63,985 nucleotides of DNA, filler included, from Octopus bimaculoides (GCF_001194135.2; 4 parts of 4 records of this genome joined end to end with filler, not necessarily neighbours in it); one strand, 5' to 3'. Shown: positions 36,586-50,050, counted from the whole stretch's first letter. The notes: a model not told the origin generated them from the letters alone. Numbers and translations are program-made.

Positions 36586-37225
36586 AAGGTGGCGAGCTGA
36601 CAGAAACGTTAGCACGCCGGGCGAAATGCTTAGCGGTATTTCGTCTGTCTTTACGTTCTGAGTTCAAATTCCGCCGAGATCGAGTTTGCCTTTTATCTTT
36701 TTGGGATCGATAAATCAAGTACCAGTTGTGTACTGAGGTCGATCTAATCGACTGGCCCCCTCCCCCAAAAGATTTTGAGCCTTGTGCCGAGAGTAGAAAA
36801 GAATATATTGCCGTTGATAGGCGGCGAGCTGGCAGAAACGTTAGCACGCCGGACGAAATGCTTAGCGGTATTTCGTCTGCCGCTACGTTCTGAGTTCAAA
36901 TTCTGCCGAAGTCGACTTTGCCTTTCATCCTTTCGGGGTTGATTAAATAAGTACCAGTTACGCACTGGGGTCTATATAATCGACTTAATCCGTTTGTCTG
37001 TCCTTATTTGTCCCCTCTATGTGTAGCCCCTTGTGGTTAGTAAAGAAATAAGAAACGTTAGCACGCCAGGCAAAATGCTGAGCAGTATTTCGTCTGTCTT
37101 TACCGTCTGAGTTCAAATTCCGCCGAGTTCGACTTTGCCTTACTGGGGTCGATCTAATCGACTGGCCCCCTCCTCCCAAAAATTTCGGGCTTTGTGCCAA
37201 GAGTAGAAAAGAATATATTGCCGTT
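36586..37225 (+). mobile_element. Tandem array of SINE S1 units
   Basis: Three body units; AATATATT(G/A)CC(G/A)TTGA recurs at ~36570, 36803 and 37213. Confidence 0.88.
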
Positions 37226-37279
37226 GAATCGATTTCGTGTCGAATCGATTTCGTGTCGAATCGATTTCGTGTCGAATCG
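37226..37279 (+). repeat. 16-bp tandem repeat (GAATCGATTTCGTGTC) x3+
   Basis: Direct read. Confidence 0.93.
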
Positions 37280-37563
37280 CACCAGCTCGTCTGTCGTTGC
37301 TCTTATCCGCCAGTTCAAACGTTACTGAAGTCAAATGTTGACTACAGCCGCAAGGTCTGGGACGGTTTTGGTCGTGTTCAGTTTGGATCGTTTTCTTTGG
37401 TCTTGCTACCATGGATAACGCTAAACAGATCTCGACTCCCGGCGACATCGCTCTCAAAGTTATTGAACCAAGCAAGCCTTTTCCTTAAACAGGAAACAAC
37501 CACCAGAGGAATATATATATGTGTGTATGTGTGTGTGTGTTTGTATATATGTGTGTATATATG

Positions 37564-37624
<61 letters not shown>

Positions 37625-37643
37625 TTGGTTTCGTATATATTCG

Positions 37644-37743
37644 NNNNNNNNNNNNNNNNNNNNNNNNNNNNNNNNNNNNNNNNNNNNTTAATTAATTAAN
37701 NNNNNNNNNNNNNNNNNNNNNNNNNNNNNNNNNNNNNNNNNNN
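37644..37743. other. Artificial scaffold linker 44N-TTAATTAATTAA-44N
   Basis: Identical to 19186-19285. Confidence 0.9.
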
Positions 37744-37776
<33 letters not shown>

Positions 37777-39106
37777 AAGAAAGAGAAAAAAGCGAAAAAG
37801 AAGAGGGGGATACTTATATGTGTGTGTGTGTCTGTGTGTAAGCTTGTGCGCGCGTGTCTGCATATGTGTGTGATTGTTGGGAGAATGAAGACTGATGGCC
37901 AAAATACAAGCAACATGAACTGGAAACGGAACGAATCGGCGAATAGTTATGCCTCACGCCCATATATGTATGTCTGTATGGCTTAAGTTTGTTACCATGT
38001 GAACCGCTGGTTTACTGTCTTTTGTGTCGCAGCTGAAAATGCATGTTGCTCGACCACTCCAACTCGCAATACATCAGCACATTATCTTCTATTGGGAACA
38101 GACGTTATATAGAATGTCATTTTTTTTTGTTTAGGTAGTTTTCCTGCGTTACTACAGAAATTCTGCGGCCTACTGGCGTCCTCAGGTGCTTTCCCCTGCT
38201 CTGTGGTTTTAGTTGGGAGTAATTACTAGCTGACCGAACTTAGGTTGAGTATTGCACCAGTTAATTTCCATCTCTGTATGCCATCTGGTATATTTTGTGT
38301 AGAATCCACATTGAGGTTGGTCTTATGGTCTTAGCATTCTACTTCTGTTTTCTGTGTTCTTACTCTCACTTCTTTTCTCGAGTCTTTCGTCTTGCATATA
38401 AGTGCCACTTCCGGACGGCTCTTCTCTTTTGTTAGGCGTGACAATAATAGCTTGGACCAATTGTATTGAATTTGTCTTTAATTTGAGAGATAGTGCTGGG
38501 AACGGCCCGCTGTTTTGTTTTTTACGCTTTTTTTATAGTTCCTTGGTAAACTTATTCGCTAATTGTATTGGTTATACATACATACATACATACATACATG
38601 CATGCATACATACATACATACATGCATACATACATACATACATACATATGTATTTATTTATATGTGTATGTATCTCATTGTTCGGTTTTTATTTTAAGAT
38701 TTCTTGCAAATAGAGAAAGAGTTGGTTTCTAACCTAGATCCAGAGCTCTTTCATTGAAATTTATACATCAACAACAGGTTATTTTTCTTTGCATGTATGT
38801 ATATGTGCAAATTTGTATGTTTTGCTTTATGTAGGTATTCTCATGCATGCCTAGACATGCTCGTATATATTTAAATGATTAACTTCTGGAAAGTTTTACA
38901 GATGTTTACAGTTCCAGTGATGGATTGGATCTGTAGTCTTCGAATTAGCTTTCTCCTTTCTGGTTTTGAGAAGCCTAATTTCGCAAGATGTATGTGTGTA
39001 TGTACGTATTTTTGAGGCTATATTCATATATAAATATGAACTAAAGGTAATGCTAAAGCTACTTCGTCAAAATCCTTATTATTGTCGTTGTTATATATAT
39101 ATTATG

Positions 39107-39151
<45 letters not shown>

Positions 39152-39427
39152 NNNNNNNNNNNNNNNNNNNNNNNNNNNNNNNNNNNNNNNNNNNNNNNNN
39201 NNNNNNNNNNNNNNNNNNNNNNNNNNNNNNNNNNNNNNNNNNNNNNNNNNNNNNNNNNNNNNNNNNNNNNNNNNNNNNNNNNNNNNNNNNNNNNNNNNNN
39301 NNNNNNNNNNNNNNNNNNNNNNNNNNNNNNNNNNNNNNNNNNNNNNNNNNNNNNNNNNNNNNNNNNNNNNNNNNNNNNNNNNNNNNNNNNNNNNNNNNNN
39401 NNNNNNNNNNNNNNNNNNNNNNNNNNG

Positions 39428-40454
39428 GCAGGTGCTACTTTAACGAAAACAGCCGAAATGTTTGGTGTATCAAGAAGTAGTGTCTCAAAGGTAATGACAG
39501 CCATTGAGAAAGAAGGAAAAACCTCCTCGTCGAAACAAAACCTTGGAAGAAAACCAAATCTTTCAGATAGGGACCGTCGGTCTCTTACGCGAATTGTTAG
39601 ACAGGATCACAGAAGTACAGCTCTCAAAATTACTGCAGAGCTTAATGACCATCACGAAAACTCAGTTTCCATAAAAACTGCTCGCCGCGAGCTGCATTAC
39701 ACAAATTACACAGAAGGGCTGCAATCAGAAAACAACTACTTACAAAAACAAACGTTGCAAAGCGTTTGAAGTGGAGTAAAAACCTACAGAATTGGTCCCA
39801 AGAGCAGTGGAAGAATGTTTTTTCTGGGACGAGTCTTCCTATACTTTATTGGTGAACACTGGCCGAGTATACGTGTAGAGACAGCCAAAAGAAGCATTTG
39901 ACCCAGACTGCCTTCTTCCAACTGTTAAACATGGAAGAGGATCTGTGATGATCGGGCGTGGGGGCAATATCTTGAAAATCTGCTGGAAATCTGGTGGAAA
40001 TCTGCATGGCAGAATTAATAGTCAAGACTATTTAAGCATTTTATCTGATCATATTCATCCTATGGTTGCGGAACTGTTTCTGGAGAAAACGCAGTCTTTC
40101 AGAATGATAATGCACCAATTCACACAGCTAAAGTTGTTACTGAATGGCACGACGAATATTCTAGTGAAGTTGAATATCGTATCTGGCCACCACAGTCCCC
40201 ATATTATTGAACATTTATGGTGCATTTCAGAAAAACAAGTAAGGAGTCGATATCCTCCACCATTATCCCTGCAAGAACTGGAGACTGTTTTAGCTGAAGA
40301 ATGGACAAAATTCCTTTGGAAAAAATTCAAACTTTGTACGAATCCATACCTCATAGAATTCAAGTTGTAATTACTGCCAGAGGCAGTCCTAACCCATATT
40401 ATGATCAATTTGTTTGAAATTTTAAGGTGTTTCCATTATTTTGTCCAGCCCCTG
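39428..40454 (+). mobile_element. Tc1-family DNA transposon, frameshifted transposase; 5' end in gap
   Basis: HTH region (AEMFGVSRSSVSKV..GRKPNLSDRDRR), WKNVF..DES, TVKHGRGSVM, FQNDNAPIHTA, WPPQSP..IEHLW; right TIR GGTGTTTCCATTATTTTGTCCAGCCCCTG followed by TA. Confidence 0.92.
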
Positions 40455-40603
40455 TATATATTTATATGAACACATGCATATCACATATGCATGCATATAT
40501 ATATGTGTGTCTGTGTCTGTGTGTATTTGTGTGTGTGCGTGTGTGTGAGAATGCTGATGTCTAAGGATTAAAACAATGATTTTGTAAGATCTCTCTCTCT
40601 CTC

Positions 40604-40634
<31 letters not shown>

Positions 40635-41730
40635 AGAATTTAAGGNNNNNNNNNNNNNNNNNNNNNNNNNNNNNNNNNNNNNNNNNNNNNNNNNNNNNNN
40701 NNNNNNNNNNNNNNNNNNNNNNNNNNNNNNNNNNNNNNNNNNNNNNNNNNNNNNNNNNNNNNNNNNNNNNNNNNNNNNNNNNNNNNNNNNNNNNNNNNNN
40801 NNNNNNNNNNNNNNNNNNNNNNNNNNNNNNNNNNNNNNNNNNNNNNNNNNNNNNNNNNNNNNNNNNNNNNNNNNNNNNNNNNNNNNNNNNNNNNNNNNNN
40901 NAAACATATGTAGGAATAAAGTATGCAATTATAACATGCGTTTTCTCCAATCCATAAATTCTTAAATATACTCAAACAACCAAAAATTTCAAGGAGTTCC
41001 TGCCTTAAAAACAGGAGCTAACCACAGTTATTTTGTGTTCTTTGCTACATTGGTTTCTATTAACCTATTTATTCTATCAGAAGAATTTTTATTCATTAAG
41101 ATAGAAGAAATACACATAATTATATATATATATACTAATATAAGACAGTAGAAAGAACAGGCCGTCCTATAGGTCACTAAATTTGAATCTAGATTAGCAG
41201 TCATAATCTTTTATGCTCCAAAATATTTCAAAGAATGAAATTTTTACTATATTCTGGGAAATGCTAAATCATACTAACAAATATCTCTGAGAGAGATTAA
41301 GTGAATCATTCAGATGTTACGGCCATCGTTGACCAGGGGTTCATGTGTCTCTAAATCGATATATCATTTGTAAAAACCGAAAAAATGTATTTAAAAGAAG
41401 ACATCGAGAAACTATCCAAATATAAATTTCTGGAAATAGAAATTAAAAATATATTATAATAATTGCCCCAAGAATACTCAAAATAGAATAAAATAAAAAT
41501 TAAAAGCAGACTATTTTGTCACTAGCATCTAAGGATACACCCATACACAAAATTCACAACGACGCACTAAGGCGCTGCACAGGCAGGGTCGATAGAGCAT
41601 CTTGTGTTATTTTATCCGACCCTGTATTCTGGGCTTAAGTCCCGCAAAAGTCAACATTGCATTTCAGCAATTGGAACGGCAGAACAGCTCGAGAGTCGTG
41701 CAGCATGCCTTGCATTATTTGATCCGGGTC

Positions 41731-42600
41731 GAGGCGGTGAGCTGGCAGAAATGTTAGCACGCCGGGCGAAATGCTTAGCAGTATTTCGTCTGTCTTTACG
41801 TTCTGAGTTCAAATTCCGCCGAGGCCGACTTTGCCTTACATCCTTTCGGGGTCGATAAATTAAGTACCAGTTAAGCACTGGGGTCGATGTAATCGACTTA
41901 ATCTCTTTGTCCCCTTGGTTGTCCCCTCTATGTTTAGCCCCTTGTGGGCAATAAAGAAATAAGAAATGTTAGCACGCCGGGCGANNNNNNNNNNNNNNNN
42001 NNNNNNNNNNNNNNNNNNNNNNNNNNNNNNNNNNNNNNNNNNNNNNNNNNNNNNNNNNNNNNNNNNNNNNNNNNNNNNNNNNNNNNNNNNNNNNNNNNNN
42101 NNNNNNNNNNNNNNNNNNNNNNNNNNNNNNNNNNNNNNNNNNNNNNNNNNNNNNNNNNNNNNNNNNNNNNNNNNNNNNNNNNNNNNNNNNNNNNNNNNNN
42201 NNNNNNNNNNNNNNNNNNNNNNNNNNNNNNNNNNNNNNNNNNNNNNNNNNNNNNNNNNNNNNNNNNNNNNNNNNNNNNNNNNNNNNNNNNNNNNNNNNNN
42301 NNNNNNNNNNNNNNNNNNNNNNNNNNNNNNNNNNNNNNNNNNNNNNNNNNNNNNNNNNNNNNNNNNNNNNNNNNNNNNNNNNNNNNNNNNNNNNNNNNNG
42401 AGGCGGTGAGCTGGCAGAAATGTTAGCACGCCGGGCGAAATGCTTAGCAGTATTTCGTCTGTCTTTACGTTCTGAGTTCAAATTCCGCCGAGGCCGACTT
42501 TGCCTTACATCCTTTCGGGGTCGATAAATTATGTACCAGTTGCGTACTGGGGTCGATCTAATCCCCAAAATTTTCGGGCCTTGTCCCTAGAGAAGAAAAG
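41731..42600 (+). mobile_element. SINE S1 tandem copies spanning a gap
   Basis: Near-identical heads at 41731 and 42400; the unit restarts at ~41960. Confidence 0.85.
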
Positions 42601-44928
42601 AAACATTAGTATGTCAGGTAAAATGCTTAGCAGCATTTCGTCTCTCTTTATGTTGTGAGTTCTAATTTCGCTGAGGTCGTCTTTGACTTTCATCTTTTCG
42701 GAATCGTTAAAACAAGTACCAGTTGAGTACTTGGGTCGATACACTTGACTAACCCTGTACCCGAAATTGCTGGCCTTGTGCCAAAATTTGAAACCAATGA
42801 TTTAGCATTTAACGCGTATGTGTTATGACAATTCCACGACAACATTGATTCCAAGCTGTTGCGGTCTATTTAAAAGGCTTTTGTCTTGAATAAACATCTA
42901 TGGCGGGAAAAAGGAGACTTCCTCGCATTAAAAACTTCCATTATTCCTTAAAATATATCGCCCAGGCCTGCGCATACATAACTTCCCAACTTTCAGCAAT
43001 GGAGATCCCACGACTCTCGACAGATCTAAACAGAAGAGTATTTTCAAATCTATAAAAATATACAAGAAAAAAAACCAGACATGATATGCACCGCAGTCAC
43101 ACACAGTAGCTATTAATATGGTATCTGGTACTTGGAAAAGTACAGCAAGGCAAAGAATTAAAATATGTCTTTATTTGTACGTTAATTACAATAGTTCACT
43201 GTTTTAACATTTAACTATCTTCAAGCAAAATACATTCGTCATATTGTTGTTGCCTAGAGTTACACCAACCGACGGGTCGCTCCGTCTGACATTGCCTGTA
43301 TTAGATCACATGGTTCTCAAAATCACCGCTTCCTTGCTACAGGGACTGGAGCCGCAATTTACACTCAGAATGCGACGATTCAAAACAAATTCTAATAATT
43401 CTGCTAATCCACTGAACTGGGCTGATAATTTATTCATTGTATTGAAAAAATGAAAGTCAAAGTTGACATCTTCGGAATATGAACTTAGGATCAAGAAAAC
43501 AAAACATCAGACCGTGTTCAAACCAGTGCTTAATCCACTCTGCCAATTCACCATCAGTTCATAGCAATCATAATAACTGAACTTGGCATTTTGTAAATGT
43601 ATCAAAATACATATGGTTTTATGTGTGCCTAGGTTATGATATTTCGGATCGTTCTCAGTTAAATTACGAAGAACTATGTATGAGAGTAGCTGACTCCCCA
43701 GAGTAGCAAGCCAAGCGATTTGTGACATTTAAGCACGTTGCTTTATGTTGTGTCTTCCAGTCCTGTTCTGCCAGATATAACTCTGCAGTTCAGCCTTTCA
43801 CAGTCGATAAACAAAAGTACCCGAGAAACACTGGTTTCCATGTATCGACTCAAACCTCAAGGCCCAATTAAATTTTGACATTGCGCCTGTGTTGAAATAC
43901 TTTATTGTTAGGATAAGAAATTAATAGACTAATTAGATTGGCGAACAAAATGCTTTGCAGTATTTAATTATGAGCTGAGGTAGGCTTGGCCTTTTATATT
44001 TCCTCGCACATTAAAATAAGATGTTAGCTTGGTGCTGTGGTCCATCTGTTGATAAAACACATACGAGATGTAGATGTATTTTTAATAGGAGAAGGATTAG
44101 CATCAATGTAATCGACTATCTACTTCTCCCATAATTTCAGGCCTTATGCCGATAGCAGAAATGATTGCTAAAATGATGTATTGGCAGAATAGTGTGCACG
44201 CCAGACAAAACACTTGTCGACATAACTTCCGCCTCACTGCATCCTGTGTTCAAATCCCGCCATGATCAATGAAATATAGTACAAATCAAGTCCTTGGGTC
44301 GATGAAATCGAGGTTCCTAAGAATTATCATTATCATTGGGCAGTTGAAAGAGCGGCGAGTTAGTAGAAAGTTAGCACGCCTGATAATAAGCTAAGCGACA
44401 TTTTATCCGTCATTAAGTTCTGAGCCCAAATTCCGTCGAGGTCGGCTTTGCTTTTCATCATTGTGAGGACGATAAAATAAATACCAGTTGCAGACTGGGA
44501 TCGATCTAATCGACTTACCCCTACCCTCAAAAACTGACGACCTTATTCATGAATTAAAAGCCATTATCATTTATAAGGGAAAGAGTAGTTGTCGTAATAA
44601 CAGTGGAATTTGCAGTAGCGGTTGCTGGTTCTTGTCTGTAAAGACGGACGACATGACGTTAAGCATTTTGTCCGATGTGCTAAAGGTTCTGCTGTCTCGC
44701 CGCTTTATCTTGTGCCTAATAAATTATAACTCTTCCTAATATTAGTTGTTCTTAGTTTTCGTGATCGAAGTGTATGTTTTTTCCCTCTGTGAAAGCTGTT
44801 TGAATAGAAATTCTAAAACCTAAAATTACAATCCTGAAAAAAAAATCTATCCCTCCCAACTCTTTAACACAGAGATAGAGAACCATGTGTGTGTGCGCCC
44901 GCGCATAAATGAATGCGCGCGCGTATGT

Positions 44929-44971
<43 letters not shown>

Positions 44972-46482
44972 TATANNNNNNNNNNNNNNNNNNNNNNNNN
45001 NNNNNNNNNNNNNNNNNNNNNNNNNNNNNNNNNNNNNNNNNNNNNNNNNNNNNNNNNNNNNNNNNNNNNNNNNNNNNNNNNNNNNNNNNNNNNNNNNNNN
45101 NNNNNNNNNNNNNNNNNNNNNNNNNNNNNNNNNNNNNNNNNNNNNNNNNNNNNNNNNNNNNNNNNNNNNNNNNNNNNNNNNNNNNNNNNNNNNNNNNNNN
45201 NNNNNNNNNNNNNNNNNNNNNNNNNNNNNNNNNATATATATGTATATGTATATACCTATAACCTATATAAACATATCTAAAATACGAATAAATATATCTG
45301 CTCAGAAATACATACAAATATATGTGCATGTGTCTGTCTGTCTATCTACATGCGTGTGTGTGTGTGAGTATGTGCATACGTAAACATACATCAATACACG
45401 CATGCATAACTATTAATGCATATATGTCTATAGAGAAATATATGAATGTATTCCTACGTGTCTTTACATACATTTGGAAACCCATATATCCTTGCACTAT
45501 ACATGTATATATATATGCACACACATATACAGAAAGAACGAGAGAAAGAGAGGGGGAGAGAGAGTGGGTAAGATAGGGTGAAAGAGAAGAAGAGAAGATT
45601 CAGAGGAATATGTAATACAAGATATACAGCAACATTGATAAAGTCTGGCTGTGTATGGGATATACGGGGTTGAAAGTGATAGCGAAACAGATAATGAATG
45701 TGTTATGAAATTATGAAAAAAGAAATTGTGTAGAAAGACAGCAATTATTTTGTAAAGATATAATTTGTTTAAAAATTTATCGCCATTCTGAACGTTTAAA
45801 ACTGTAAATAGGGAAGAAAAAATACACACACACGATTGAATGAATCAATATATTTTTAAGCAGATATTTATATATATATATATATATATATATNNNNNNN
45901 NNNNNNNNNNNNNNNNNNNNNNNNNNNNNNNNNNNNNNNNNNNNNNNNNNNNNNNNNNNNNNNNNNNNNNNNNNNNNNNNNNNNNNNNNNNNNNNNNNNN
46001 NNNNNNNNNNNNNNNNNNNNNNNNNNNNNNNNNNNNNNNNNNNNNNNNNNNNNNNNNNNNNNNNNNNNNNNNNNNNNNNNNNNNNNNNNNNNNNNNNNNN
46101 NNNNNNNNNNNNNNNNNNNNNNNNNNNNNNNNNNNNNNNNNNNNNNNNNNNNNNNNNNNNNNNNNNNNNNNNNNNNNNNNNNNNNNNNNNNNNNNNNNNN
46201 NNNNNNNNNNNNNNNNNNNNNNNNNNNNNNNNNNNNNNNNNNNNNNNNNNNNNNNNNNNNNNNNNNNNNNNNNNNNNNNNNNNNNNNNNNNNNNNNNNNN
46301 NNNNNNNNNNNNNNNNNNNNNNNNNNNNNNNNNNNNNNNNNNNNNNNNNNNNNNNNNNNNNNNNNNNNNNNNNNNNNNNNNNNNNNNNNNNNNNNNNNNN
46401 NNNNNNNNNNNNNNNNNNNNNNNNNNNNNNNNNNNNNNNNNNNNNNNNNNNNNNNNNNNNNNNNNNNNNNNNNNNNNNNNNT

Positions 46483-46513
<31 letters not shown>

Positions 46514-46769
46514 ATGTACACACACACGCACGCACACACGCACACATATGTATACATACATACACGCACAGACACAAATTTATAAATGAATGAATGAATC
46601 AATGAAAAACTCGGATCAATAACGTAGAGAAATATTAGAACTATCAATGTATACACAAGAATATAATTGTGTATGTGTGTGTATATATATACATCTGTAT
46701 ATATACATTTGTATAAATATATACATACCTACACACACATACACACACATACACACACATACATACACA

Positions 46770-46821
<52 letters not shown>

Positions 46822-47491
46822 NNNNNNNNNNNNNNNNNNNNNNNNNNNNNNNNNNNNNNNNNNNNNNNNNNNNNNNNNNNNNNNNNNNNNNNNNNNNNNN
46901 NNNNNNNNNNNNNNNNNNNNNNNNNNNNNNNNNNNNNNNNNNNNNNNNNNNNNNNNNNNNNNNNNNNNNNNNNNNNNNNNNNNNNNNNNNNNNNNNNNNN
47001 NNNNNNNNNNNNNNNNNNNNNNNNNNNNNNNNNNNNNNNNNNNNNNNNNNNNNNNNNNNNNNNNNNNNNNNNNNNNNNNNNNNNNNNNNNNNNNNNNNNN
47101 NNNNNNNNNNNNNNNNNNNNNNNNNNNNNNNNNNNNNNNNNNNNNNNNNNNNNNNNNNNNNNNNNNNNNNNNNNNNNNNNNNNNNNNNNNNNNNNNNNNN
47201 NNNNNNNNNNNNNNNNNNNNNNNNNNNNNNNNNNNNNNNNNNNNNNNNNNNNNNNNNNNNNNNNNNNNNNNNNNNNNNNNNNNNNNNNNNNNNNNNNNNN
47301 NNNNNNNNNNNNNNNNNNNNNNNNNNNNNNNNNNNNNNNNNNNNNNNNNNNNNNNNNNNNNNNNNNNNNNNNNNNNNNNNNNNNNNNNNNNNNNNNNNNN
47401 NNNNNNNNNNNNNNNNNNNNNNNNNNNNNNNNNNNNNNNNNNNNNNNNNNNNNNNNNNNNNNNNNNNNNNNNNNNNNNNNNNNNNNNNNNN

Positions 47492-47531
<40 letters not shown>

Positions 47532-47658
47532 AAGGGCATTATTATAGAAACATAATAACGCCACACAGTGGACTTCTCAAAAAATAGCCACATTTAGTAC
47601 CTATGCGAGGAAAAAACAACCAACAGAAGATGACTAACTTTCTTTTAAAATAGACTTA

Positions 47659-47720
47659 ATTGCGTATCGACCGATTTCGCTTTTACTAGAGTGAATCTAG
47701 ACTTCGTTCATCAGCACAAT
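47659..47720 (-). ncRNA. Type I minimal hammerhead ribozyme motif (Penelope/retrozyme type)
   Basis: ATTGTG-CTGATGA-[stem II with CTAGA/TCTAG hairpin]-GAAA-TCG-GT-CGA-T-A-CGCAAT. Stem I has 6 bp (one G-U). Core boxes are intact, but the base of stem II is an A.C mismatch. Confidence 0.65.
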
Positions 47721-47997
47721 ATATATATATACATACATACATACATACATACATACATAATTTGGGTGGCTTATTCGCAATTTTACAACATGAAGGCAGA
47801 GATAGACACATCATTAAAGTGACCAAGGACAATAATCAACACCAGTATTGCTAGAAATATGAGTCAAAACAACTGAATAGCCATTCTTATTTCTAAATAT
47901 TTCGAGCATAGCTCTTCGTCGGATTGATGAAAAGGCAAAAGCCAAAGAAGGAAGAGAAAAAGAAATTGCCAACGGGCTACGTGCAGTTACTTTGATG

Positions 47998-48052
<55 letters not shown>

Positions 48053-49100
48053 ACACATATATATATATATATATATGGAACAAAAACGTAATAGAGGGCA
48101 TTAAAACGTTCAGACAGATAGACGACACAAAGGCGGAGAAGAGAAACAACAATTAGAAGGACAGGCAAAAAAAAAACAAAAAAAAAACACGAGTCATTCT
48201 TGGCTTTCTTTCATCAGTCAAGTCCCAGAAGTCGCGATCTTTTCGGGCAGTTACACTTGAGATGGTTCGAACACACACACACATGTATATACGTCATCTA
48301 CAATAGAATCAGTTTTAGTTTGAAATAGCATGCTGTATACGATACTTAAAGCTTGCTGACACATTGTTGAAAGACTGTGATATTTGTATAAGAAGCAATG
48401 TATCTTATAGACGTTAAGTGTTAAAGAATAAATAGAAATATATCAGATGCAGAGGAGAATCTTTCAGCAGTGGTGGCGGCTATGCTAAATGTGCATTTCT
48501 TCTTCTTTGAGCTTTATCATTTTCAAGTGTTCCATAGCAAGAGCTGATATAGTTACTAATATCTTGTAACGCAATATAGTTTTTCCCATTGATTTTTCCG
48601 TTTATAAAGTGAAAGTAACTCAGCTAAATAAACAGCAACATTAAACGGGACACATTGGTATGTGTTGGTGTCACATCACGACTCTGACTTATCTTGTTTC
48701 TTTCTTTTGCAGTACAACGTTTTCAAGATTAATTAGAAAATCTTTTATTCGAATTGTTGTACTTGATGATTCCCCCTCTACTGACAGTTTTCATTATTTT
48801 CATGGCTCCTCTGCTGCTGGCGCCTTCGAAAATATTCACAGCTCTTCTGTTACTTCCATCTAGACAATTGCATGTAGTATTATCTACGGTTTCTACTCAG
48901 TTCACAGAATGGACATATACTAGAATCATTTCTCATCAGCCTGAGTAGACAATTTATTTGGATCTTTACATTGTGTTTGTTGGCTTACGGTGGCCGAGGT
49001 ACTTTGTGGCTATAGGCTTCATATTATCGTCTTTCTTAGTTTCTAATCATACTTCTGTATCTAAAACTGACATTTTTTTATTATCATTATTATTATTATT

Positions 49101-49176
49101 CAGGTCACTGACAGGAATCGAACTCGGAATCTTGGGGTTAGTAGCCCGCGTTCTTAACCACTACGCTGTATGCCCG
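49101..49176 (-). pseudogene. Short tRNA-like retrocopy/minimal SINE with (AAT)n tail
   Basis: A box (TAGTGGTTAAG), anticodon-like stem GGG-CTACTAA-CCC, B box (GAGTTCGATTCC), followed directly by AAT repeats. Confidence 0.55.
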
Positions 49177-49859
49177 TTGCAATTTTTTGTGGGGATGTTT
49201 GATAAAATAGTGGTTGGTAATCACGATATTCTTTTGGATGGAGTTTGTTGTGTGTTGGAGGCTTTCTATTGTATATTTTTCTAATTCTAGGCATCATCTT
49301 GTACAGTAGTTTCGGTCACAAATTTTATGTTGCCGGCTTATCGCGTGAACGTTACCACAAGCCAAGATCTCTCAAATAGTTAACGTGTCACTTTCTTATT
49401 CTATCATGCCATGTTCTCAATTCTACTGGCTCTAAAATAAGAAGATAAGATTAGATGATCGTGTAGTTTATTTTACACTTTAAATGTGCGATTATTCACA
49501 ATTATGCTTATGTTGGTAAGATAGCAGGCACCCTCATACTTCTTATTTGATTGCAGTTCGTCTGACATTATGAAGATTTAGTCCGTCTTTTCCAGCACTC
49601 AATTTTGTAAAAATATTTAAGAAAACTCACTGACTAATATCGGCAAAATATGTACATTCAACTTTTAGATGAACGGAAAAATAGGTATGCATTGCACCGT
49701 ATAATACGTATGGAAGGACAGTGTAAGGACACCACCACAATTTATGTGGAGGAAACGACACGCAATATTGGAGGAAAGGTTTAGAAACACTGATTTGAAT
49801 ACGATGGTAATAAAGAGACGTTCATACTTTATCATAATGCAATATAAAAACACAATTTA

Positions 49860-50050
49860 GCATGCCAGGTGAAATGCTTAGCCGTATTTCATGTCTTTAC
49901 GTTCTGAGTTCAAATGCCGCTGAGGTCAACTTTGTCTTTCATCCTTTCGGGGGTCGATAAATTAAGTACCAGTTGCGTATTGGGGTCGATCTAATCTATT
50001 GGCCTCCTTCCCCCAAAATTTAGGACCTTGTGCCTAGATTTGAAAAGAAT
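49860..50050 (+). mobile_element. SINE S1, 5'-truncated
   Basis: GAAATGCTTAG..TTCTGAGTTCAAAT..CTTTCATCCTTTCGGGG..GTACCAG. Confidence 0.8.

Noticed and set aside
43244-43728. Short overlapping ORFs in unique sequence on both strands
   Set aside because: No recognisable domain and interrupted by stops; cannot be supported without a homology search.
48713-48948. Strong-looking splice acceptor followed by short ORFs
   Set aside because: No recognisable protein and no clear donor in an open frame.
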